A stretch of DNA of 64,000 nucleotides from Saccostrea echinata. Lineage: Eukaryota. Position 1 is the stretch's first letter. Each line of letters starts with the position of its first letter. A program made the position numbers and the translations under genes. The notes under the pieces are model-generated. The model was not told where the DNA came from, did not search any database, and saw nothing but the letters and a program-made list of their open reading frames with translations. Shown in pieces: positions 12,901 through 23,600 of this stretch. The stretch spans positions 3,472,001-3,536,000 of the forward strand of contig NW_026889813.1 of assembly GCF_033153115.1 (NCBI RefSeq). Direction: 5' to 3'.

Positions 12901-15059
12901 CATAAAAAAATTAATGTCCAAAATAAAAAAAAGAATCCTTTCAATTTAAGAGACAGTCTTTCCATGAATATAGTTTCGATTAATGTATATATTGAAGGAA
13001 TATTTTGACAATGTATAAGACTTGTATTTTTGTTAAAAATGACATTTATGCACTTGCAATCTACTTTTCACTCTTTAGTGCACTACGGTCTTCTACCCCT
13101 ACTCCATCCCTGCAAAGAAATTCATCTATAAAGAGATCTCTATTAAACAGATATCTGACTCCAAGGAAAGGTATTATCAGTCAGTTCCTTAAAGCAATAT
13201 GAGCTGCATTTTTGTGGATTTTATTTTGTTGGTAAAATGTGCTGATCTGATAAATCTGTATGTAATTTAAACCTTTATGATCAGTTAGACTAATGTAAAG
13301 TATTAAATTTTTTTCAGAAGAAAGATTTCTATACAATGGAATGTATAGTTTTATGTAAGAAATCAATATTGTACAGGACGACAATAATTTATTTTGCTTC
13401 AATCAAAGCATATAAATAGTTCTTCCATCGCAAATATAAACAGTAGAAGTTCATAAACCTTTCTTTTTTCTGTCATTTAAATAGTTAACTACAATATTGC
13501 AACAAAAATTTCCAACATCAAAGTTGTAGCTCATATTGCTTTCATCATTTACAAACATAATTACATTTCCTAAATACCGGTAAGTGACTGTGATCTCACC
13601 TCACAGCAAACTTAGCTGGTGATGACGTAGACCATTAAGATACATTATTTATTCATTTTTTAAGATGAGAATAAGGAAAATAGAGAACTGAAAAAAGATG
13701 CAGTGTCTCCCACTGTAGTAAATTCAAAACCAAAGTCGAAAGAGGTGAACCAACCAAAGCAATATGTAAAGATACCAATCACCCCTAAAGAAGTGTACAG
13801 GTCCAATTTACATAAAACCAGTAGTCTACCAGATCCACCTGGAGTACAGGAGAAGCATGAACCTTTCTTCCATGATCTCTCAGACATTCAAAGTGATGCA
13901 CAAACTCTTTTGGAATGCCATGACCAGATGATGGCAGAAGCCAATAAATATATGATAAAAGTGACAGCAAAGAGAGAAGAAATTTTCCTGGAGGATTTGT
14001 GCAATGCAGATGGTCTTGACATCCTCAGGAAACAGGACGAGCATGCCAGGAAGCTACAGGAGCAGGAATGGAGGAGGAGTAAGGACGAGGACAGCTGGAG
14101 GAGCCTGTTTACAGAGCATAATGAGGTCCGGTCCTCATCACAGACCTCCTCAATGTCCTCAGGTTACCAGGGCAGTCAGATACTCAGGGATACAGGAAAC
14201 TGCAGGACTGAAACAGTAGGTCGTCAAAGGACAGGCTTAATATTTAGTTGGATTGTTAAAGCCGTTCATAATTCATGACTTCTTATTTATTATATGATCA
14301 TGGATATGGACCTTTAATGTTCTCTAAAATTTATAGTATATACTTGAAAATATATTGCAGAAACTCTTCAACATTTCCTCTAAAGTAGCATATACTGATT
14401 ATCTTCTTTTAGGTACCAGCATATGCAGCAACAATCCAGTACCCAGAGTTTATGCCTCAGTTTCATGACAAAGACTACTATAGTGGAAACCACACAAGTG
14501 GAATGTCCAGTAAAGTATGCATCAAATTTAAATATGCAGCTAGATCAGAAAATGTCCCATTATTATAGTAGGGATAACATCTGCATTACATGTATTATGT
14601 GATCAGTAAATTTTCTTGCAAAACTCTTTAGTTTCCTTTCTTGAGTCTCTAATTATTTGTATCAAACTGTCATTGTGAATCTGTTACCTTGTAAATTTAT
14701 CAACATTATTACAATGGTATGTTATAATCATAAATATAATGTGATATTTTCAGATTAAATCACTGGATATCCTGGAAATCCTTGACAACAATGAAGTAAA
14801 ACCCCAACGCGGTCCTTCAAGTCAGGACACATATCTGTATACTTCAAATACGTTATCTAGCAGAGACATTATTGACAACCTTATCCCAGATATAGAGGTC
14901 CCCAGCAGGACCCATGCCATGAACAGGGATAGTATTAGTGAGCAAAGATCCCCCCACAGAGCCTCGCAAGAGGAGTATCATTTCTGTTTGAAGAAACCCA
15001 GCTTAGACACACCCAGTCCTCCTGAGGAGTTGTTCAAAAAGCACTCACTCATTCCTTAA
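6678..15059 (+). CDS. ~648-aa largely disordered protein with PRR19 (DUF4641)-like motifs; 14 coding exons, plus a possible upstream micro-exon 6154-6183
   Basis: Phase-consistent GT-AG exons 6678-6762, 7026-7225, 8719-8772, 8876-8950, 9123-9174, 11267-11384, 11569-11703, 12168-12222, 12559-12631, 12788-12836, 13079-13170, 13665-14215, 14413-14514, 14754-15059 (1947 nt, no internal stop); AATAAA at 15389. Motifs RIARNRMTKRLGLFNQGKKSETVSR and [38 protein letters not shown]; KEN box; basic NLS-like tract. The gene model is more secure than the family assignment. Confidence 0.7.
7513..8617 (+). mobile_element. 5'-truncated CR1/L2-group LINE (ORF2 C-terminus plus 3' UTR)
   Basis: QVEAARIITG...LYNELGWETLSSRRENHKLTLMYKILNNLTPDY...YNLRN...SFVPST..LWNNLP with internal stops; 3' tail aataaatatgttttaaact; 13-bp TSD aaagttctcagca at 7500-7512 and 8618-8630. 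Confidence 0.88.
8402..8438. repeat. (CT)n microsatellite in the LINE 3' UTR
   Basis: Perfect ct dinucleotide run. Confidence 0.9.
9279..10460 (+). mobile_element. HINE / non-autonomous Helentron carrying ~166-bp satellite units
   Basis: ttt|tagctcacctgg..tcaagtgagct head, gtcc/gtct microsatellite, tandem units (tcaaatcatgac at 9624 and 9790), subterminal caggtgagc and ggctcatgggcc hairpin, T-rich target. Confidence 0.85.
10481..11064. mobile_element. TTAA-flanked non-autonomous DNA element (Kolobok/CryptonV-like)
   Basis: ttaaggtcagac...gtcagaccttaa termini. Confidence 0.6.
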
Positions 15060-15854
15060 AGCAATCAAAAATATTTCTAGGTGAAAATTTATTTAAAAAA
15101 AAAGGATCAACATCAATATACTCCTGTTTCAAGGAACTGATTTACCATAGATGGAGAGGAGTATGATATAAACAGAACTGATTTGGTAAAATGATTTTGT
15201 AATCTGGTGTAATGACTTTCCATTCAAGCTTTTTATTTTGTGCATGTAATTTCAATGCACATGTAATTTAAACATATACATGTATATCTGTGAAGGACAA
15301 ACCTGTGATAACTATATTTGTTCCTGTTGATTTAGTTGTCATTTTGTGTACTTTGTTAATTTATTTATTCCAGCAACAAGTTCTGTTGAATAAAATGTCT
15401 GTAAATTGTACTCTAGTTTAAGATTTCTTGAAGCTAAAATATCTAGACCATCTTTGTTAATGTTCTGAATTGTTGTGGCCTGAGAGTTTTATCCCAGCAA
15501 ACCAGAGTTATGAAGGTGACAAAAAATGTTTGACAGAACAGTTTTCCAAGTAAGAGATACTTTAAGTACATACTTGTATTAAATAAAATGCACTTTGCAT
15601 TAGCAAAATTTTTCAAAAAAAAAAAAATCTACCTTTTATCCATAAGTATTCAGTGGCAAAATGATACATGTATTCCAGTATCATTTTTTCAAATAGTGCA
15701 TATCCTGAATTATCTCCCTTTCAAAATAACTCTTTGATCTCTACTTTATTGGATAACAAATGAAATAGTGATAAAGAAACACTACAAAATCTAATGAATT
15801 CATTTAATCTTCTGTTGCGTTATCAATACTAAATATATTGTTAATAATGTCAGT

Positions 15855-18800
15855 TTATGGCAGATCTGGAGGTTCTTCATCAGAATCAAATTCCACATCT
15901 TCATCTTTGACCCACTCCCCTTTCCAATTCTTCTTCCATCCTCCTCTACAAAAATCATAAAATCAACGTAAATATTTAGAGATAGGATTAACATGAGAAA
16001 GGAGTCAGTGTTTTATAAGCAAATGACAGATGCACAAGATGTTTCAAAAATACAGGCTCAAGAGTATGATGTGAGAAACATAATGCATGCAACAGCACGT
16101 ACCCTCTGTAATACAGGTATTTGTCTGCTAACTTCTGTTTTTCTCTTAGTTTCCTTTCATCCTCTTCACTTCTTTGTGGTACTGTCTTTTTATTTTTGGA
16201 TTTTGATACAATTTTAAGGTTGTTTGTGGACGTATTTGAAGATTGCTGAGAGTTATCTGGAGTGTGATTAGGGACTACAGTTCCTGCTGATATTTTAGTC
16301 TCATTGCCTCTACACTGTTTAGCACAATTCACCATCCCAGTGTCACATTCAGAATTTTCTGTTGCTTTCCTTTTGTATGGCACAGGGTTAAAGTGGTTTG
16401 ATTTTGGCACTGAGAAAATATTTTTTAGTTGTTTTTCATGGAGAAAGGGTCCTTTCTGGCCAAGAAAATGTTCCCTGAAGTTTTTGTTGCTTTTGAACTG
16501 ATCAGAAACATTAGCTCCTATACTGTCTTCATTTTTCATACTTGTATCATTAGCTGAAACATCTTTCTTCAGTATTCCAGATACAACTGGAGATGAATTT
16601 GATGAAACTCTTTCTCCTGGGAGTGAAGATATGTCTGTAGCCATTGGAAATTCACACTGGCTTGACACACTGTCATTGCTGGATTCCCCCAGGCTTACCC
16701 TTGTTTTTCGGGAATGAAACTTTTTCTTCACTCTGGGGTCATACTTGTGTCCACAACCTAGTCCTTTGTGTGATATTGTTGCCTACAATATTTCACAATT
16801 TTACTGAAAACATATGCAAGGAAAAGTATGCATAATTCTACTAAACCCAAATGCATTCAAACACCTTATCATTTTGGTCAATCATCATTCATTCTATTCT
16901 TATAAATAATAAGATATGAAAATTTAAATTGCTATACTGTATAGGGGATTAATTTCAGGGGTTGTAATTTTCACGTTTTTCTCTCCCCTGACACGATCAC
17001 AGTTTGATGAATTCACAGAATTTGTATCCATATATGATAAAAGTTACCTCCCTTGTCTGCATCCAGTGTAGCCAAAACGACATTCATTAGCGTTATGTAT
17101 TCACTTCATGAACAATACTTGGGGAGGTTTTAATGAAGTGGTTAGATTTTGTTATTAATTTATGATTCATCAAAACAAGTGCCATTAAATGTCCTTGACT
17201 ATAAACATCGAATGACTTTCCTGTAAGCTATTACGATGAGTGCATATGTACACCCCAAAATATTCTTTCCGAAGGGATAACACATCGCAGCGAAAATCAA
17301 TGGACGATAATGTGTTAATATACGTCAATGAAATAATATCCTTCCATATCTATATCAAGTGCGAGAGTTATTTGAATAATTTTTTTTAGCCCAAATATCG
17401 ATAAAAACTAACATATCAGGTAACAAATTCATGTGGTAATGTTAGTAACGCACGGGTAATCAAAACCCACGACCCATGTGTTTTGATTGATCAAACGTAG
17501 CGTTGGCTATTAAAACAGCTTTTTTAACAAAAAATACAGGTCATTATTTGCTGATTTGAATTTAAGAAAAGCATGATAATTGAATAATTGAATGACAAAT
17601 ACCACTCGTAATAACTGAATTACTATCTACTGTACGTATCTATAAACCTGTCGTAATCTATACTCAAATTTCAAAAAAAAAAGTTTATTGAAAACTTATT
17701 CACTGTTTCTTGAATTCAAAGATTTATTGACACCGTGAATACAGGGAATATTTACACCGCGAGTTATTTTCCCCCTATACAGTGAGTGTAACAGGAAGGG
17801 AGAAAGTGTATGGCTGGACTGGGAATCAAAACCAGGACTCCTGCATCACTAGTCAGGTGCTCTACTGACTGAGCTATCCAGGCCAATATCGACGGCCCAA
17901 ACCATTACATTCTTCCCTTTTAAATTGTCTTCGTCCTTAAAGTAACGACCCAAGTTCTTATTAACCCCTGTCAAGAGCACCTGACTAGTGACGCAGGGGT
18001 CCCGGGTTTGATTCCCAGGCCAGCCATACATTTTCTCCTTTCCTGTTACATAAGCTATACCTGTTTGATATTTGTAGTTCCATCTTTTAAGTACTGTTCG
18101 TGTTTTCTCTGCTTTATAAGCATTTCTAGCTCATCTTTCTTTTCTTGAAACTGTTCCATATCTGAAATAAGGAAATCATAGCACGTTAAGTGTCAAGTTC
18201 TCTTGGGATGAATTTGGTTACAACAAATAACTACTTAACCTTGTTTAACCTTGTTTACTATTTTTGGAAACCAGAACTTTGAAGTACTGGTAGTTCTTTA
18301 AAAGTCATGAATAAACAGTTAAAAATTTTAGGAATGACTCTAATTCTTGGCCAAATTATTCGAGTATAACCTGGTTTGGGTCAGTTTACGCTTTATAATC
18401 CGCGAAGAATTAGAGTCATTCCTTATAATTTAATTCTAAAATCATTAAACAACTGTGGGTGTAAAATCTCGTTGCTTTTTATTAGTTCAAATTTGCCACT
18501 CAATAATACAACCGTAGTAACGGAAGTGATGGGAAGCAAGGGGAGGTAAAAACTGATATATAGTCCTAGCAGCCATGTTGTTTGTTTACATGTGGTAAGA
18601 TCCGAGTTACTGTTTGAAGTTAAAGGTACATTTACTAAATCTGGAATTTTCCATGAATCCCGAGGACTGGAAATGAGAGGATTGCATGGATACAGATGAT
18701 TCAGCTGGTTGTCAGGGGGGTGTGTCCCCATACCAAACCAGGTTATACAGAAATAATTTGTGTTCCTTTTTTGATATTAACCAATCAGAGGCTAGAATAC

Positions 18801-20205
18801 GAACAAAATTAAATTATACAGAATTAACAACAATCTTCAAAAGAATTTTAGTTTTTTGGGGATATTTACAACTATTCAGCAAACTTACAAGCCTCGTGTT
18901 TCTTTCCTTTGCGATGCTGTGACAGCATTATCACAGTATCAAACACTGGTCTGTAGGTACACACAAGGCAAGCAAACCTGAAAATTCAAATGTATTACTG
19001 GTAAAAGAAATAATTTGGTCAATAAATCACACTTTTCTAAATGTTTCCCTTTTTCGATATGTTATCTTTACTACTTAAATTCTGTACATTTTACATTTCC
19101 TAATTGCACAAAAGCCTAAATAATGATACATGTACTTGATCAATACAATATGTCTTGTTTGTAATTTGTTTGCAAAGTTATGTCCCTTACAATTAAAAAA
19201 AAGTAATGGAATTAAAGTAACAGGATTCTAATCTTTATTACCTTCCATTACTTGTTAGTAAAGCCTCGTCCTCTGGAATGTCTTCTGCAAACAACTCCTT
19301 TACTCGTCTTTTCTGCCAACAATAAATTAAACATGCATGTATATACATGTACCTTTTGTTAGCAACTTAGTCCTTACCTACCAAAAATATTTATTATTTA
19401 ATCAGCAGTATGCAACAAACAAATTTTGATATCAAAGAATCAATTTAAATGCTCATAACAGGGACTTTTTATCCATACTTAGTCACGTACGTATTTGAAT
19501 ATATATGATACCTAGCAGACTACTTGGAGGGATATGGTATCTCCAAAGATGAGGTCATTTAATTAAGGTTCGGAATGTGATGTTCATTCAAGTAGATTAG
19601 TTCAAAACCGGACAGATAGCTAAGAGCACCTGTTGAGTTCAGGGACTTAATTTGGTTAGTATAATCCTGGTATGGTATTATGCACTTTCTCCCTTCTTGC
19701 TACATTTACATTTGAGCGCTGAAGAGGTGCCCATCCAAAACAACTCACAATTTGAAATACTTGGTTATGTGTTTTTTCAGTATAAAATCAAAACCAGCAC
19801 ATGTGGCACTGTACTCACTGACTAACACTAGAAAGAGAAGAAAACTAGTTTTCATCAGATACAGTGATGGTTTTCATGGTACTTCTTTAACCAATCTTTT
19901 ACATTGTACAACAATAAATTGCAGAAATGCTAGATGGCTCCAGAAATGGTTGAACCATCGGATATGGATATATTACACATTTTGATATGTATATTAGGTT
20001 TCATACATAATCATACAGATTAAGCCCCAAGTGCCTATTTTACATATAAAATATACAGATCCCTGGTGATAACAGAAGAACCAAAACAAGGACCTGTACA
20101 TGTATATACACAGTTTCAGACAAAATACTTTCAACTGCGTTATATCAAACATACTCTCAACACCCCTAGTTGGTTGGTATCGTCGCCATCCCTCTTAAAT
20201 GACAT
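15855..20205 (-). CDS. SCNM1: Sodium channel modifier 1 (minor-spliceosome zinc-finger protein), 360 aa, 6 exons
   Basis: Exons 20205-20155, 19312-19242, 18977-18889, 18161-18061, 16782-16103, 15945-15855 (1083 nt). MSFKRDGDDTNQLGVLRKRRVKELFAEDIPEDEALL; matrin-type finger FACLVCTYRPVFDTVIMLSQHRKGKKH; acidic tail GWKKNWKGEWVKDEDVEFDSDEEPPDLP*. Confidence 0.95.
17787..18050. mobile_element. TGT..ACA MITE (Ginger-like) whose inverted arms are tRNA-derived
   Basis: tgtaacagga...tcctgttaca TIRs of ~77 bp; degenerate 4-bp TSD tgag/taag. Confidence 0.75.
17811..17884 (-). pseudogene. tRNA-Thr(AGT)-like sequence forming the left MITE arm
   Basis: Reverse complement ggcctggatagctcagtcagtagagcacctgactAGTgatgcaggagtcctggttttgattcccagtccagcca has an A box, an anticodon stem-loop and a degenerate B box; a truncated inverted copy lies at 17974-18026. 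Confidence 0.65.
18331..18422. mobile_element. Short palindromic MITE
   Basis: ggaatgactctaattctt...aagaattagagtcattcc inverted ends. Confidence 0.6.
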
Positions 20206-20617
20206 TTTTGTAGTGGACTGTAAGCTTTGGTTGCAATTTTGCTGACTGTCACTGTGTCCTCTCCAGGCTCTCAGTTTCCAATTTTTGATGATCTTGGTCC
20301 CGATGCAAATTAGAAATAAAAAATCACAGAGATTTTAATGGCACAAGACTGAAATAGATGGTATGTTTTAGATAGAGCTTAATTAAATTACTATGATTTG
20401 ACTTATATTAAAGATGATTTATAAAATGTGTTACAGCAATTACTGCCTTTGGAACGTGTTTCCGGTATCAAAATCGGGATCGACATTATTATATTGGGGG
20501 GATTTTTCTCGAAGCCGACGAAAAAGAAAGTAGAACAAAATTTTTTGGTGCACGTGCACAAATTAAGTGTTTTTTCTCTTTATAAACCCAAAATATATAA
20601 GAACATTTAGTTAAAAT
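20206..20617. promoter_or_regulatory. Probable bidirectional promoter SCNM1/FKBP4
   Basis: Divergent ATGs ~410 bp apart; E-box cacgtg at 20551 and a partial heat-shock element ttctcgaa near 20506. Confidence 0.6.
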
Positions 20618-23600
20618 ATGACACAAGAAGTCTATGAGCCGACAGACATTACTCCAGACAAGGATGGGGGAGTTATAAAACAGATTTTACGTGCGGGAGA
20701 GGGGAACGATAGTCCTGTACCGGGGGACAAAGTGTCTGTTCATTATGTGGGGACTTTGGAAGATGGGACACAATTTGATTCCAGTCGAGATAAAGGAGAA
20801 TACTTTGAATTCGATCTTGGAAAAGGTGAGTTATATAGCTTAATTAAATTGTAAATCACTGAGAGAAGATTAATATGAAATGGAAAAATAAAAATATGGC
20901 GCACTGTTTTGTTAGAGCAAAGGGACTTGAATTTTCCTATTAAGATGTATAATTTAACATATTTAGTCAGAGGATGTTGAGCAAAATACAGTCTGTGCCA
21001 AAGTTTTTTTTTTTTTGGGGGGGGGGGGGGGTCGCACAGGACATTTCCATTCTGTGTACTCAAGGAACACACAGGACCAAACCAAATTTTGTCAGACTGA
21101 AAAATCTAATGTAATATGTGTAAGAAATTGAAAAGAAAGAAAACACAGAACCAAGGAAATCCATGCTGGTTTAATCACACTCATTTATGTACTTGGATTT
21201 TTGTGATATTTTTTCTAAAAACTTTTACGACTCCATTCAAAATCATAAAACTCAAAACCTGCCACAGAGACATTTGACATTCTGATCTGGTGTAAAAAAA
21301 ATGAAACATCAGAACAGGGGTACTGTACATTGGTCAGGTCTGACGGTCCGATGTCTTTTGCATAGACTGCAAAATATCATCAATTGTCAATTAATTTATA
21401 GAAATGGATTCCTTACTAAAACATTCATGTGGTACTGTAACAGATTTTTGCCTATTATTTCTTGGTGTTTTGATATTACTTAACTTTTGTCACAAAAAGT
21501 AGAGTGAATTTTCTCTTTCTTAAAGACAGGATGAAAATGTTGGGGAAATCAGACAAATTCATGACATGCTCATGCATAAATAGAAAGCAGGAACTATTTT
21601 CATGATATTAGAATAAAGTTTGAAGATGTTATTTTTGTTTTAAATAGAACATCATTTTGAATTTTAGCATTCATTGTATTGACCATATAATTCAAGATAT
21701 AAAGGACCATTCTCTATAAGGCCGTTTTGCGGCCTACAATGACTTCAAATTTTCAAGTAGTATTTTTTCCTTTAAAAATTGCATGAATCAGTAGGCTAAT
21801 GATTCAATTTAATGATAAATGTTGATTGGTTTATGATGCTATAGTATTTGTTATGAAATGAGGTTACAAAATAATTTACTATTAGCATTAAAGTAATGGG
21901 AAAATTCAAGAGTGTGGGTGTGTTAGGCAACTCCTACGCATGTCATAACCACCTTATACCAACACCAACATTTACATGTAGTCTTCTTATAAACATAAAA
22001 AGTGACTACCAGATTATGAACTTGGGTTTAAAGTGGTTATGACATGTTAATAAAAACTTTTCACTTGATTTTTACGATATTTTCAGGAAAATCTAATAAT
22101 TGAAAATGAAGGCTTTCAGCTTATGTAGATAATTTCATATTCTAAACTTTCAGTTAGAGAATATGTTTCTGCTGAATAAACAAAAAAAAATATAATTCAT
22201 TCATTTTTACTCGAAAAATGTCAACTTTTTACCAAAAATCTAAAATCAAAGTACTTTAAAGACAGGAAGTTATGAAATAACATGTGAAGACAACTTTCAT
22301 TGAACTGTCTGTTAGAAATACAGAGAAAAAAAATATTTTTTTAACATACTCAGGCATGAATATAAGTTTTTATTATACATGTTATACATGTAATTATTAT
22401 TTTTTTATTATTATAGTTTATTTATGCTACATTTTTGTATTTATTCCTTAGGAGTACCGCATATTTGTAAGTACATGATTATTGTACTAGAAGTGGTAAA
22501 AGATATCTTTGTTGTAGTGGGAAGATACATTTGCTATTTGTGTTATTAACCTATTTTTCTATAGGAACACATGTAACTTTTATAGATAGGGAATTACTGA
22601 TGGGATGGATTCATAATGGGAATTCTGGCTTCAACCTTTCAGAAGGACCCTCATCCTTTTCCGTATGAGTAATATAAGATCCAAATATTTTGTGTCACCT
22701 GGGTGTTGAAAGGACTCAATCTATTTGGATTTCAGGAAGCAACACACAGCTTTGGTAGTATTATTAGCTACAAGAACAGCAGTTCTGTCTTAAAAAATGA
22801 AATGCCAAGGGGGACCAGAGTTCCCTATGGTTACATGCAATTGATAATTGAATGTTGCTTTATGCTATTTTAGAATTTTTCATCCAAAAATGAGATTATC
22901 CGCCATAGGTGAAATGTCACAGTTCTGATTTATGCATGTTTTCATTATTGACGCGACCTCCTTTTCTAAGGTAATATCCAAAAGACCCATGACTTTTACT
23001 TTTAATGCCGAAGACTTAGCATGGGCACAGTCACTAGCTGCGTCATATGCTTTAGTTTTTGAGGCTCACTTGGAAGAGAATTGAATCCTTGGGCCTCAAG
23101 AGTTCAAAGTGAGCGTCAAACTCTTAGGGCCCATTTTGTACCTGGGATGTTAGTCCATAGATATACTAAAAGTTTTGATATGCATAGTGAAAGTTGCTGT
23201 TGAAAATCTTCCCCGTTTTTATGGAGTGCCGTTAAAACACACTGCTCAACGCGTTATTGGCTATTCAGTTGTTATTGGGCATTCGGTAGATAACAACTTT
23301 TGACAGGTTAGTAAATTGTTGCAAATAAACATTGTAAAAATAGAAACAGAGAATGTTGGTTGTGCTTCTTGTGAACAAGAATGAATACAGATACCAAATA
23401 AAGCCCCAATATATCTTATTACAGTATTTGTAAGTCTTAGGAAGACTTTAAAAGTCAAATTTGTTATATTTTGCAAGTTTTTGTCCGATTAGTATTGCTG
23501 CATATAGCTTCTTTCTTCAAAATCCTTATATTTACCTAACATTAGTTATTGTCAACAATGTGACATTGTCAGAATCTAGCAAAGATGCAATTAAAAGGTA

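Noticed and set aside
13703-16731. ORFs 13703-14278 and 15988-16731 as independent single-exon genes
   Set aside because: They are large internal exons of the PRR19-like gene and SCNM1, respectively.
17811-17884. Functional tRNA-Thr gene
   Set aside because: The T-loop/B box is mutated and the sequence is one arm of an inverted-repeat element.
21016-21031. G-run (and C-runs at ~24665 and ~24734) as G-quadruplex regulators
   Set aside because: These are simple homopolymers common in such repeats, and their length is unreliable in assemblies.
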